DNA of 63,258 nucleotides, the filler included, from Saprolegnia diclina VS20 (taxonomy: Eukaryota): assembly GCF_000281045.1 (NCBI RefSeq). It is 3 parts of 2 records of this genome, joined end to end, with 100 filler letters (N's around TTAATTAATTAA, not from the genome) between each part and the next. Parts side by side here need not be neighbours in the genome. Positions count along the whole stretch, not along the records: positions 1 to 28,342 come from NW_008246070.1; 2 more parts are not named here. The stretch is one strand, 5' to 3'. The position numbers were made by a program, and so were the translations under genes. Position 1 is the stretch's first letter. Every line of letters begins with the position of its first letter. Under the pieces are notes generated by a model. The model searched no databases. It saw only the letters and a list, made by a program, of their open reading frames with translations, and was not told the DNA's origin. Below are positions 1 to 10,620 of this stretch, piece after piece.

Positions 1-85
1 CGATCTTAGTTTGGAGTGCGTTGTGCCTCTCAGATGGCACTACGATCTTAGTTTGGCGCGCGTCTTGGGTCGCGTCTCGCTACCG
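1..85. repeat. 42-bp-period minisatellite, copy A, probably cut by the window start
   Basis: CGATCTTAGTTTGG occurs at 1 and 43 (period 42), followed by GCGCGTCTTGGGTCGCGTCTCGCTACCG. The same block recurs at about 3087-3196. Confidence 0.85.
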
Positions 86-583
86 CCGTACGCCTCGCAA
101 GCAAGCGCACCCTCGCTTTACATGCTCTCCAAAGCGTCCTCTACTATTATGCCAAGTCTTGGACATTTCGTTTTTGAACGCAAAGTGGTCGATCGCGCGG
201 CCTGGCGATGCTGCACCGGATATCCGGATAATGTGGCTAATAACACGCAAGCTGTCGCGGCGCGTTCCCGCTTGCGATTTTATGGCAAACCTCGGTCAAA
301 ATACAAAATGGCTCCTACGTCGTAGAGTGATTAAGTTTGCTTTGTATAGCACGGAGCACCAAGTTGCACCGTCGTGCGCGGCCTACAACGCATGAAACTC
401 GTATCCAAAGTGATGCTGAATTGCACTATTTGCGGCATCATGAGGAACTTGTACATGGCACATGCCATTTTCAACGAATGAAACGCATCAGAAGCTCTCT
501 TGCCGTCGCCACTTGAGAGTATACGAGCGCAATTGGATATGCTATTTGAGTTGCGTTTATAGGCAGCTAGTACGTAATTGTTT

Positions 584-1152
584 CTACTTGGCGCCTTCGT
601 CGTCACTGTCGTCTTCGTTGAGCTTGAGCTTGAGCTTGAGCTTGGAGGGAACGCGGCGGCCGTTCTCGACGAGAAGCTTGCCTGGCTCGCATCGCTACGC
701 GGTTGACGACCTTGGCGTCCGTGAGGCCCACAGCGAGCGCCGAGACAAGCGCCGCGTCGACCTTGACCGCGAGGCCAACTTGACGAGCGAGTTCTCATCG
801 CAAGCGTGGTGGCAACCCACGTCGGCACCGGCGAGAGACTGAGCAAGCCCGATGCTACCAGCGCCGCCGAGTGGCGAAGCGTTCAAAGCTCCGTCGACGG
901 CTGCACGAGCTCCTGGACCATCGCGACACCATGCTATGCGCTGCCGCGCTCTCGCTCGGCAGCGCATACGCCGGAGGTCGTCGTCCGTGATGAGGAGGCG
1001 CGAAGGGCGTCCTCCACCGCGAGTACAGCCGACGCCGAGACCTTGGCGCTGACGCGGGTGTGATTCGCAACAAGCGCGTCAAGGCTGGCCTCCTGGACGC
1101 CGCCCGTCGTCGACGCAGCCTTGTCCGTGAGCTCGGCAATGAGCGGGTCCAT
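584..1152 (-). pseudogene. Frameshifted relic resembling the C-terminal HEAT region of GCN1
   Basis: DPLIAELTDKAASTTGGVQEASLDALVA resembles the GCN1 RVDPLxxEL...GVxxA segment. It ends RRVPSK(LK)3LNEDDSDDEGAK*, like the acidic GCN1 terminus. The homology shifts frame several times and has coding-like codon usage. Confidence 0.45.
620..643. repeat. (GAGCTT)4 microsatellite
   Basis: Direct read; gives KLKLKLKL in the minus-strand relic. Confidence 0.9.
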
Positions 1153-3086
1153 ACTTCACAGTTGTGACCACTGCTCATGGTCACTGAAGTTATCTTCCGA
1201 ACGGCGGTGCTGCCATGCTACCCGGTAGCATTGCGGGCCGTGTCGGAGTCGATTTGAAACTCAACTGAAATGGATGTTTCTATTGGCTCGATTTTAAATT
1301 ATTTATAGCCAATCACAAGACTACGTCTTATATAGTGTGCGTATCCACTGCACCACAACGAATCGCAACCCACAGACTCGCCAACCCCACGTAGCAGATA
1401 TGTAGGCCTCTCTACACACTCACTGAACGGCGTACATGTTGTTTCCGACGCTGAACGCGGCGTAATCACGCGTAAATCCATTTTTCATTTTTTGAGGTGG
1501 TGGCACAATTGCTCAAGTACTCTACATGAAATCGCGGGGTTTGAAAGCTCCAAGAGCCCCGATTCCGGCTGCCACAGTTGGCTATGGATCTCGACCCGAT
1601 GTGCGACCAGTTTGTTGGGCCGCGCCGTTGCTTGGGCGCTCACACCAAACTCAAACTGCCGAGCGTCGGTTTTCCCAAAATGCGGCACGATATTTCGATT
1701 GAAAATAGGTTGAAATCGCGGAAACTGAGGACGCCATCTTGTTTTGTTAATGTTGGAGAGCGTGTTGCATGTGGCCGAGAGCTGTGGCCGAGGAAGGCAT
1801 CGCGCCTGCGATATGCCCCGTAATGAAACCTGACTGTCATACAGTATTTCAGTGTAAAAAAATACACACTATATCCTAGCCAAGCACCAGTGTTCTTGCC
1901 CCATTTTAAGTTTTTGTGGGCCATCGTCGCGCAGGACCGCCAGCACGTATGTGGCAAGCCGTGCGCAGGCCTCGGGCCGCGGGCTCATGCAACGTTGATG
2001 TAGGCGTGGCGCAGCTTCAGCATCCGTGACGAGCCACCGATGCGGCCCTAGGGCGGAGCCCTGGCCTCTCGCGCGTCGGCCACGCGACCGCCTCCGAGAT
2101 GCGCTTGTACGAGTTCCCAAGACCTGCGACGACGCTGGGAGCGACGCCACGTTATCTAGCATCGTGAGCGCCACGGCATCATGCGCTTGCGCGTCCAGAT
2201 CGGCCAGCGCTACGGCCGCATTCGACCTACGGCGGGTCGCGCGCTCGTCACTGCCGCCACACTCTACGTACATCTCGGGCGTCGACGCGCGACTCGTGTC
2301 TCGGCGCGAAGCTTGCATGCGGCTCGTCGCGCCGGCTGTCGCGCGCTGCACTCGAATCCATTGCCATGCCGAGCTTTTTCCTCTTCTTTGTCCTCCATGG
2401 CAGACTGCTGGGGGCCAACGTCGACACGCACTACTGACGGCGGCAAGACACGTGTCTTTGTAATCACCGAGCCACACAGAGATGCCAGGGACATCAATAG
2501 TCCGCAACGACGCCCTTGCCGTAACTCACCAGAACGAGTGCCAAGGCTCGAAGCGCCATATACTGGCTCGCGTTGAATATCTAGCTGATTTATGTTGGAA
2601 TAAAACAGCAATTGTTGGCGAGTTTCAAAACAAATACTTGCAGGCCTTTGATAGCCACGTGCGTCGACATACAACCTCTCTCGAGCTAGAGAAAGCGTCC
2701 CTGAAAATATCACAGCGATTGGAGAAGGTTGCAAAAGTTTGGATTTGGCCCGAGCATTGTGAGCTATAAGCACCTCGCTCCAATCGATCCACAGGATGTG
2801 CTGGACGCAGTAACGCCATGAATGTTGCTAGGAATCGCAATCTTGATCCACCGGAAGGGGAAATCGTCGCTACAAGTGCAAAATACGAAGACTACAGCGA
2901 GTCAATGCAGTCATTAGCATTTTAACGTTAAAAGCGCTTTGTATTTGAGCATTGCGCGCGTTTGAGGTCTGCAACGATGACGAACCGCAGTTTGCTTTGC
3001 TCGCCAAAGTGTTTTCTATCACTGTACTAGCTATGGATGATTCCATTTCAAACGTGATGGTGTCGACAAGAGGCGTCGGTGCCGTG

Positions 3087-3196
3087 GCGTCCTGCCGCTC
3101 AGATGACACTACGGTCTTAGTTTGGAGTGCGTCGTGCCTGTAAGACGGCATTACGATCTTAGTTTGGCGCGCATCTTGGATCGCGTCTCGCTACCG
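3087..3196. repeat. 42-bp-period minisatellite, copy B (about 2.5 units)
   Basis: CGGTCTTAGTTTGG at 3112 and CGATCTTAGTTTGG at 3154, with the same downstream TCGCGTCTCGCTACCG as copy A. Confidence 0.85.
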
Positions 3197-3579
3197 GTGC
3201 ACGCTTCGTACGTTGACGCAACCACGCTTTCTGTCCTCTTCAGAGCCGCTTTACTGCCTGAATCAAGTACGCACGGTCAACAGCATCATGCAGCACATGA
3301 CGAGGCGCAGTTGTGTCGCCACCTTTATTCTCCGGTGGCCGATGATGCCATCCATCATCAGACAATTTTGCGAGCTATGCCCCTAGCTTAGACTAGCTTT
3401 TTTCATTTGTAGTTCGTCCAACAATACGTCAATCTCCTACATTGCAATCTAGGGCGTGCTGTCCTTCGAGATGCGCCTTGATGCGCACGTACATCCAGCT
3501 GCATTTGCGATTGGCGGTCACGCGAGATCGTGTCCTTGACGCTCTTCTGAGCGAATACAATACGAGTGGAAGATGTACA

Positions 3580-6500
3580 TTAATCGGTCAACGGGAACGC
3601 GTGGCGCGACGCTGCAAACAGGGGATGGTCTTCGGGGACGCGCCACGTCGTCGGTAGTTCTACTGCGTAGATGCACCAGCGCTTGATGTCGAGTGCGAAG
3701 AAGCGGTTCTTGTAGCGATACGTGAGTATGCCGTTGAGGACGGCGGAGGCGCGGTCAAGGTAGTAGACGTTGCCAAACGTCCAGTGCGCGTCGAAGAAGA
3801 GGTACTTGGCGCCCGCACAGAGCATGCGCGAGTCGCTGCTCGTCGGAGACGATGCGTGGCGCAGATAGTTCCAGGCCGCGAAGAAGCACACCACGTTACA
3901 GGCCACGACGACACTTACAATCAGAACGAGTCGGTCTACGTGGCCGATGACAATGTTGCCGCTGGTGCAGACGACTTGAAAGTCGAGGTCCGCGAGGCTA
4001 CATTTGTGGTCAATGGTGACGGCGTGCCCAACGGGCGAAAAATAGCTGAGCGACGCGGTGATGAACCACACGAGAAGGCTGTTGGGTGTCGCGTAGTACG
4101 TCGTGTGCGCGCGCGTGAAGACCATCGCGACGTCGTTGACGATAGCGACAAGCCACGTGACTTCGGTCGCAACGAGCCACGTCTTGTACCACGCATTGGG
4201 CGCCTCGACGAAGCGAGTGACGTAGCCCGAGTACGAAAGCTCGATGGTACCAGTCGCTAGCAGCGTCACGGCCGAGATACTTCGGATCGCAAGCAGCGGC
4301 CGACCCACCCACACCATGCCGCCGACGCGGTTGAGCTCGAGAAGGTTAAACGCCTCGACGTAGCCGCGTGCAATGTAAATGTAGAGTTGGACGAGGCAGG
4401 CGATGCTGATCATGACGATCGTCACGTACGTGGAGGCAAGACGCGAGTACTGAGCGAGCTCAATGGGTAATTCCCAGGCCTGCGCGTCCTGCGTCAACGG
4501 CGCTTCGTAATCAGTGAGGAGCGTCAGGTTCCCAGCGTCGCCGACAAATGCTACAACCTCTCGGTTCCCGAGGACCCAGTCGTACATAAAGCACCAGGCG
4601 TAAAAGTCAAATGACGACGATGGCTGAAAGAGCGGTTGCGTCGCAAGCTGCAGCGTCGAAGTACCGGGATAGCGCGCGTACTGCATGAACGAGATGTGAA
4701 GCAAATCAAGGTCATGTCGAAACCGAACGCCGAGCTCGTTGGCATCGCGGATCGCGGCCGGGAGGTATGTTGTCACAAATTCCGATATTTGGTGTAAATA
4801 TGCTGGACACGCGGCGAGGTTGGTTGGGTCGTGCGCGCATATATTTGCATGGGCAGACGCGTTGCTAATAGCGTTGGCAAGCAAGGCGGCAACGACGAGG
4901 TGGTCAGTCGTCGGCGCGATCTTGGCGTCCAAGCCCGTCGTCATCGAGCAAGTCGCCGTGAATGCGACGACATTCTTCATACCGGATGTGATGACCGTGT
5001 CGCCGCTGGTGCTCGGCAGCGCAGGGCACAGCGGTGAGCCTCCAAACGCTGCAATGGGAGCCTCCAACCACGGTGCGGGCACAGGGTACAGCGCGTCGAC
5101 AGTAGAAATCGCAAAAAACTGAGCCTGCGCCGAGCGATTGGCATCAAGTGCAATGCGCAGACCGGTTAAAAGAAGGCGGCACACTTCCGAGATGCGTGGT
5201 GGCACAGCCACGTAGGTGCTGTCGATGGTGCCGTATGGCCCAAGCGCGTCGGCGATGAGCTGCGGCGCCTCTGAAAGCGGAGCGATGAGCTCTCCAGCCA
5301 GCACGAGTAGCGTTTGACGCGTGGCATTGGCAAAGGCGTAGTTGGCACTCGTCGGAAGGAGGCTGCGACCGTGGATGCCACTGTTGTTGGTCAAAATGGC
5401 GCTCAAATCCTTTGCGAGTGGCCAATTCATCTTGAACGAGGTCTGCTGTCGAAGGCGGAAAGTGCCGTTTTGAGCTTGGAGCGTGAAGGCGTATTGGAAT
5501 CCATAGGCATTCTCGATCGTGTACGTGTTCTGGAGCCCAATGAGCTTGAAGTTCTGCCACGCTGGCGTAAAGTGCGTCACGTCCCTGCGGCGCCAGTAGG
5601 CAACTTCCCCAAAAATTGAAGTGTGTGCTTGGATCGTATTGGTGAGCCAGCGCCGGCCGTCGGGGGAGGTTTGCAGGTCGTTTCCAAAGGCAATGCCAAA
5701 GGCGTCGCCCCAGCACGCAAACCAGTCGGCCCAAACGACGTTGCGCAGAACGGCCTCCACGTACACTGCGGCATTGTCGGCATATGCAACGCAGCGCTCT
5801 TGTCGCGCGCGTGAACTCGCCAATGCCCACGTTCGGTTGGCGTCCAGAAAACAGTACGACGATGCGAGCCACGGTGCGCTACATGCATCCATGTGTCGCA
5901 GGGCTGAGATTGCAGCGTCGAGCGACGTCGCCTCTGTGTACTGCAGCCGCGCGCCGAACAGAAGAGAGCCAGAAAGCACGCCGTGTGAATGGTCAAAGAG
6001 ACCGGGTTGCAGTAGGAAGGGAGCGTCGAGTCGGAAACTGCCAGAGGTAACACCGAGGACGAGCTGTTGGTTGAACCAGTTGGCAAAACATGTGTGGATG
6101 CCGTTGATGCTAAAGGTGGCCCACTTGAGGTCGTTTGCGAGGTTGACGCTGGCCACTTGGAGGTACGAGACGCTGCTACCGATTGAGAAGGCGACGTACC
6201 AGAGACCAAGCAGCGTCAGGCCGCGGTGGAAATGGAACGGCCACTTGGGCGGGCGGTGCGTCCACGTGAGCTCCCTCGATGTCTTTTGAAAGCGCAATCG
6301 AGGGGGGCGCAGTAGGTACGTGGAGCCATCATGGCAGTACGGCTCTTCCTGGAAGACGCGCCAGAGTCTCAAATCAAAGACATACTTGGTGCCAAAGACA
6401 CGCAGCGGGATGAGCGCGCACAGCACGGACGACACTTCGTCCATGGACCACGAGGTGCGCGGATGCCAAGAGGTGACAACGCCACTCGACGTTGTCGAGA

Positions 6501-8838
6501 GCAGAATTGGTATCGCATGGGGCGGCACTGGGTGGTATCGACGCCATAGCAACGTCAACAGAAACGGCCCAAGCGCACTTGCGGCTTGAATCCAAAGCAG
6601 CGTCGTGAAGCGGTCATTGCTGCCGACGTAGATGGTTCCCGCAGAGCACGAGACGGCGTAGTCCATACTGTGACTATCGCAGTTGCGTGAGAGGGTACCC
6701 GAGAGCAGCACCGGACTCACGACCGACAATAAGATCGTAGATATCCACGCCTGAAGGCTCGTAGCCCCGGCGTACGTGGCCGTGGCCGTCGGCGATAAAA
6801 TCTGAATGACGTCGATTCCAACATAGGCCATCCAGTTGGCCTCGCCCGCAACCAGCGCAATCTGGACCAGCGATAGCGTCGTTGTGCGTAGTCGCGTAAA
6901 AGGTCCGTGACGCACCAAGCTGGTCTGAGCCGAGCTCAGCATGGCGGCTGCGGTGATGCCGCGCAGGAGCATGATGGGTCGCCCGACATACCCCATGCCC
7001 ACGACGCGGTTGAATTGAAAGAGGTTGCGACCAAGAATGCGAAATCGGAGCCGTGCGCCGTGCAGAACGCAGAGAAGCGCCACGAGACCCAACACGACGC
7101 TCGCGTACGCGGTCGTGTAGATGGCGATCTGCGACGCGTTCTTGACAAAGCGGGTGCCCCCGCTAGTGGGTAGTTTTTGGGCGTCGTAGGACGCCGAGAT
7201 GAGTGCGATTGACGACGCGTCGCCTTCCACCGAGAGCACCTCGCGCCGGCCTTGCACCCAGTCGTAGAGCATGATCCAGCCGTAGACTGCGAATGTCGTA
7301 TCATCGAGGAGCGGCTGCTGCAAGAGCGACCACGTCGATCGATTCTGCGCAAATTGGATGACTTGTGGCTGAAGCGGACGAATACTCTTTGACGCGTTGC
7401 TAAAGGCAGAGGACGGCAGCACTTGCCCAGCATCCCGCACAACGTCTCCGAGTATTTGCACCGACAGCTCTGGCACTGCACAGGCGGCGAAAAGAGCTGC
7501 CTCTGGGCGTAGCGCAACTAGAAACGGGTGTGGAGTAACACAAGCATCGTCAAAGTCGAATGCAGCTTGCACATAGTCCGTGCCGGGCATATGCAAACAC
7601 AAAAGGCTGCCGCCAAAGAATGGCATGTGCTGTTGCCAATGCTGCGGCGTCGGTAGCAGCGCATCGACGCTCTTTCGTGCCGTAAACTCGGCCAGGAAAG
7701 CAGAGTCCGAGGCCAGTCGAGCGTACAATGAGGCTTGAAACGCAAGGTAAGTGTCGCGCAACGCCGTCGGTGGTGAAACATAAAAGGCGTCGATAGCCAG
7801 CAACGGCCCCACAGAGATTTGCACGGCGCTTGTCTGGTTGTGACAGACGCCGCCGGCATCGCAGAGGCCAAACCAAGCGACAAAGTCCACCGAGGTGTTG
7901 TTGACGAGACTCACGTTGAGCTGGGTAGCGGCCCACATATCAACAAAAGGTAGCCAGAACTGCACAATCGACGTCCACGCACCCGCGCTACGAGGCCGAC
8001 TCTTGAGCGTCACCTGCTGCTCGTAGCCAAGAGCGTTGGCAAGAGCAATGGTCTCGGAAACGCCGGGCTGCCACCGGTTGGTCCACTGCAACTGGAAGAT
8101 TTCAATGCCCATGGACGTCCAAAGATCGTTCTCGGATGTCGTTGACGTCACCGCGCGTGCCGAGGACGTGGAAGCGAGCCATGCCCGCCCTAGGACGCTA
8201 GCCTCGAGCGTCGACTGAACTGCTACTGTGAACCAGTTGCCAGGACCGCCCCACGTCGCCTGGAAGTCTTCCCATTGGACGTTGCGCAAGACGGCCTCCA
8301 GATAGACGGCGCCGTTTCGAGCGTAGCGTTGCTGGCAACGCGCTTGCCGACGCGCTGTGTGTGCGAGGTGGAAGGTCTGGTTGAAGTCGACGAAGCAATA
8401 CTGCGTGCTCATGCGGAGACTCCAAGGTGCGCTGAGCGAGCGCAAGTTGGCAATGGCATAGCGCACGCTCATAAGTTCATGAAACGTGAGATGCCGCACG
8501 TAAGTAGGGTACAAGCTCGTGGAGGACGAGCTAGCGTCGTACGCCTTGCGCTGCATGGCCGCGTCTGCGAGGAGGTCGAGCGGCCCTGACGCACTCGTGG
8601 CAAGCGCTACATTGGTGGCATCGACGAGAAAGGCTTCGTAACCGCTCAGGTTGTAGCCCGGCCACCAGAGATCGTTGGCAAACGCCGGTGCGAGGAGCGC
8701 CAAGTAGAACCAGCCGCACGTCAACGAGAAGAAGACGTAGCAAAAGCCGCAAGTGACGCGCACCATATCCCACCGACCGTGGAGGTGATGCGGCACGAGG
8801 TCGCTTCGCGGCGCGGACTCGAGTGGCGCCACTTGCAT
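3580..8838 (-). CDS. Large two-module multipass membrane protein, Saprolegniales-type hypothetical family (paralog 1, about 1750 aa, no intron needed)
   Basis: Uninterrupted ORF; first ATG at 8838 (MQVAPLES). Two internal repeats: ANDLWW/ANDLKW; YCFxD..RQxRC..NxAVYxEAVLRNV; YDWVxGxREV..xGD; NRVxGMxxVGRP; ExxW...D. Many N-glycosylation sequons and hydrophobic helices. Confidence 0.9.
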   Translation of the reverse strand: MQVAPLESAPRSDLVPHHLHGRWDMVRVTCGFCYVFFSLTCGWFYLALLAPAFANDLWWPGYNLSGYEAFLVDATNVALATSASGPLDLLADAAMQRKAYDASSSSTSLYPTYVRHLTFHELMSVRYAIANLRSLSAPWSLRMSTQYCFVDFNQTFHLAHTARRQARCQQRYARNGAVYLEAVLRNVQWEDFQATWGGPGNWFTVAVQSTLEASVLGRAWLASTSSARAVTSTTSENDLWTSMGIEIFQLQWTNRWQPGVSETIALANALGYEQQVTLKSRPRSAGAWTSIVQFWLPFVDMWAATQLNVSLVNNTSVDFVAWFGLCDAGGVCHNQTSAVQISVGPLLAIDAFYVSPPTALRDTYLAFQASLYARLASDSAFLAEFTARKSVDALLPTPQHWQQHMPFFGGSLLCLHMPGTDYVQAAFDFDDACVTPHPFLVALRPEAALFAACAVPELSVQILGDVVRDAGQVLPSSAFSNASKSIRPLQPQVIQFAQNRSTWSLLQQPLLDDTTFAVYGWIMLYDWVQGRREVLSVEGDASSIALISASYDAQKLPTSGGTRFVKNASQIAIYTTAYASVVLGLVALLCVLHGARLRFRILGRNLFQFNRVVGMGYVGRPIMLLRGITAAAMLSSAQTSLVRHGPFTRLRTTTLSLVQIALVAGEANWMAYVGIDVIQILSPTATATYAGATSLQAWISTILLSVVSPVLLSGTLSRNCDSHSMDYAVSCSAGTIYVGSNDRFTTLLWIQAASALGPFLLTLLWRRYHPVPPHAIPILLSTTSSGVVTSWHPRTSWSMDEVSSVLCALIPLRVFGTKYVFDLRLWRVFQEEPYCHDGSTYLLRPPRLRFQKTSRELTWTHRPPKWPFHFHRGLTLLGLWYVAFSIGSSVSYLQVASVNLANDLKWATFSINGIHTCFANWFNQQLVLGVTSGSFRLDAPFLLQPGLFDHSHGVLSGSLLFGARLQYTEATSLDAAISALRHMDACSAPWLASSYCFLDANRTWALASSRARQERCVAYADNAAVYVEAVLRNVVWADWFACWGDAFGIAFGNDLQTSPDGRRWLTNTIQAHTSIFGEVAYWRRRDVTHFTPAWQNFKLIGLQNTYTIENAYGFQYAFTLQAQNGTFRLRQQTSFKMNWPLAKDLSAILTNNSGIHGRSLLPTSANYAFANATRQTLLVLAGELIAPLSEAPQLIADALGPYGTIDSTYVAVPPRISEVCRLLLTGLRIALDANRSAQAQFFAISTVDALYPVPAPWLEAPIAAFGGSPLCPALPSTSGDTVITSGMKNVVAFTATCSMTTGLDAKIAPTTDHLVVAALLANAISNASAHANICAHDPTNLAACPAYLHQISEFVTTYLPAAIRDANELGVRFRHDLDLLHISFMQYARYPGTSTLQLATQPLFQPSSSFDFYAWCFMYDWVLGNREVVAFVGDAGNLTLLTDYEAPLTQDAQAWELPIELAQYSRLASTYVTIVMISIACLVQLYIYIARGYVEAFNLLELNRVGGMVWVGRPLLAIRSISAVTLLATGTIELSYSGYVTRFVEAPNAWYKTWLVATEVTWLVAIVNDVAMVFTRAHTTYYATPNSLLVWFITASLSYFSPVGHAVTIDHKCSLADLDFQVVCTSGNIVIGHVDRLVLIVSVVVACNVVCFFAAWNYLRHASSPTSSDSRMLCAGAKYLFFDAHWTFGNVYYLDRASAVLNGILTYRYKNRFFALDIKRWCIYAVELPTTWRVPEDHPLFAASRHAFPLTD

Positions 8839-9206
8839 CCCGTCCGTTTCTCCCTCTGCGATCGTTTCAGCCGAGAAGACGAACAAAGTGCCCTCCGTCG
8901 ATGCCGATTTTTGACTGATTCGAATCGTCCGGTGTGCGCTTCATTGAGATGGGTGGGGTTGAGCTCGTAGTCTAGACAAGTCAACCCCAAAGGAGAGCAA
9001 TACCTTCAACAGTGTCCGCAGCTCACATGACTATAATTAGCAAATTGATTGAAATGCCGGCAAGTGGGAAGCGGGTGCGTAGCGGGCCGGTGCGGTGGAT
9101 GGTCAAGTCGCCAACGAGGCAGGCACCTCGGTGGAGCCTTTTTCAAGCCGTCGCACCCGCACTTTCGGTCACGTCTCTGCGTCATAGCTCGACCTAATTG
9201 AGCCAG

Positions 9207-10511
9207 ATGCTACTGACAAGGGCTCGGCGCGCGCAACACCGCGTCCGGGTTGCAACGACGCTACTCTTGAGCGTTGTCCTGTCGTGGGTCGCCGTCTTCT
9301 ATTTAGTGCGCCCGAGGTCGAGCGGCCTCACGAATACGTTCAATGGCGTCCAGATCTCTCAGCTGCATCCTTTCACCGTCATCGACCACGACAACCTCCG
9401 CTTCTTCAGCCTTCCTCTCCGTCCTTAATTTTAACGGCGCCAAGATGCTTTTGGGCCTCCAAGCTCCGAATCCGTGTTTTGACGTGCTTGAATACATGGA
9501 CCATGGCTACACTAACCTCGTCACGTCCGAGTACATTTGGCTCGGCCCGCAGCTTGCCACATACATTGCGCAGTTCGTGGTCGTTCTCGTGGCCCTTGGG
9601 TCGGTCAAGAGCGATATTTCAGTCTCGATCCTCGTCGACTTGGTCGCGGGGACAACGTACGCGCTGGTGCTGCTTGTGTTTTCGCTCCTCGGCAAGTATT
9701 ACCTCGTCTTCAACCTCAGTAGCATCCTCACGTCCGACTCGCTTGTCTCGATGAGCCTCATTTCTGTCACTTCGTTCTACCACAATTTGATCGTGTCCCA
9801 TGTCTGGCCATCCAAGCTTTTCGTCGCAATCACGCCGAGCGTCATTCGAACTGGCGTCGTCCATCGCGGGCTTCTCACCCTTCTGGCGTTGACCGTCACG
9901 GCCACGGAGGTGTGTCTCGGCTGCACCTACAACGAGAGCGTTCAGATCGGGACGAACCCGACGCCGTGTGTCTTTGGAACTGGCGACTGCTTCAACGCCA
10001 TCAACCTTCCCGTTGTCGCATGCGTTGTGGGATACCCATGTCTGCTCACTCTGTACACCGTTGCTATTACGACGTACGTTCGACGGCAACCGCGTGCGCT
10101 TTTCGTCGCCGCCGAATGGATGAGCTTCAGACAAGTCGAGCTCGAGACTACGCCCAACCACGTTCCAGCAACGACGTTCGAGACCTTTTGCTGCGACAAG
10201 CGCCTCGACCAGCTCCTCCAGGCACGCTATCTCTGCGTCGACGTCCCGTCCGGAAAAATCGGGACGCCATCCTCGCAGTCATGACGCTCGGGTTTGTGCC
10301 GATGCGGTCAGGGCTCCTTCTTCGGTTCAAAGACTACCTCACACTCGCGATCGTTCGCTTCTTGCCGGCCAGGTGGAAGCGACGGCTGCGCATCTTGATC
10401 CCGATCGCGACCATTTCGCGGGGCAGCATCAACGGCCCCGTCACGTTTATACAAGTTAGCGACCTCCCCGTCGACGATCTGCGTGTTAGCGCGCTGCAAT
10501 GCATCGTATAG
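9207..10511 (+). pseudogene. Multipass membrane protein gene with two apparent frameshifts (pseudogene or sequencing error)
   Basis: Three consecutive frames join into one hydrophobic protein: MLLTRARR..NLRFFS / FLSVLNFNG...KIGTP / LAVMTLGFV...QCIV*. The switches at about 9410 and about 10270 have no obvious GT-AG intron. Confidence 0.6.
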
Positions 10512-10620
10512 TCCATTCCATCGAGCGCGTTTCAAGTGCCGACGCGGAGGGTTAGGGGTGGCACCTGAATATAACATGCAAAGCGTGTAGCAACGGACAA
10601 AAACGGCCGTCGTAAAGGCA

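Noticed and set aside
1..85. 42-bp periodic repeats as a possible CRISPR-like array
   Set aside because: Only 2-2.5 units, the supposed spacers resemble each other, there are no cas genes, and the context is eukaryotic.
1282..1314. ATTGGCT...AGCCAAT inverted CCAAT pair
   Set aside because: Only 7-bp arms and no associated intact gene or element end could be identified.
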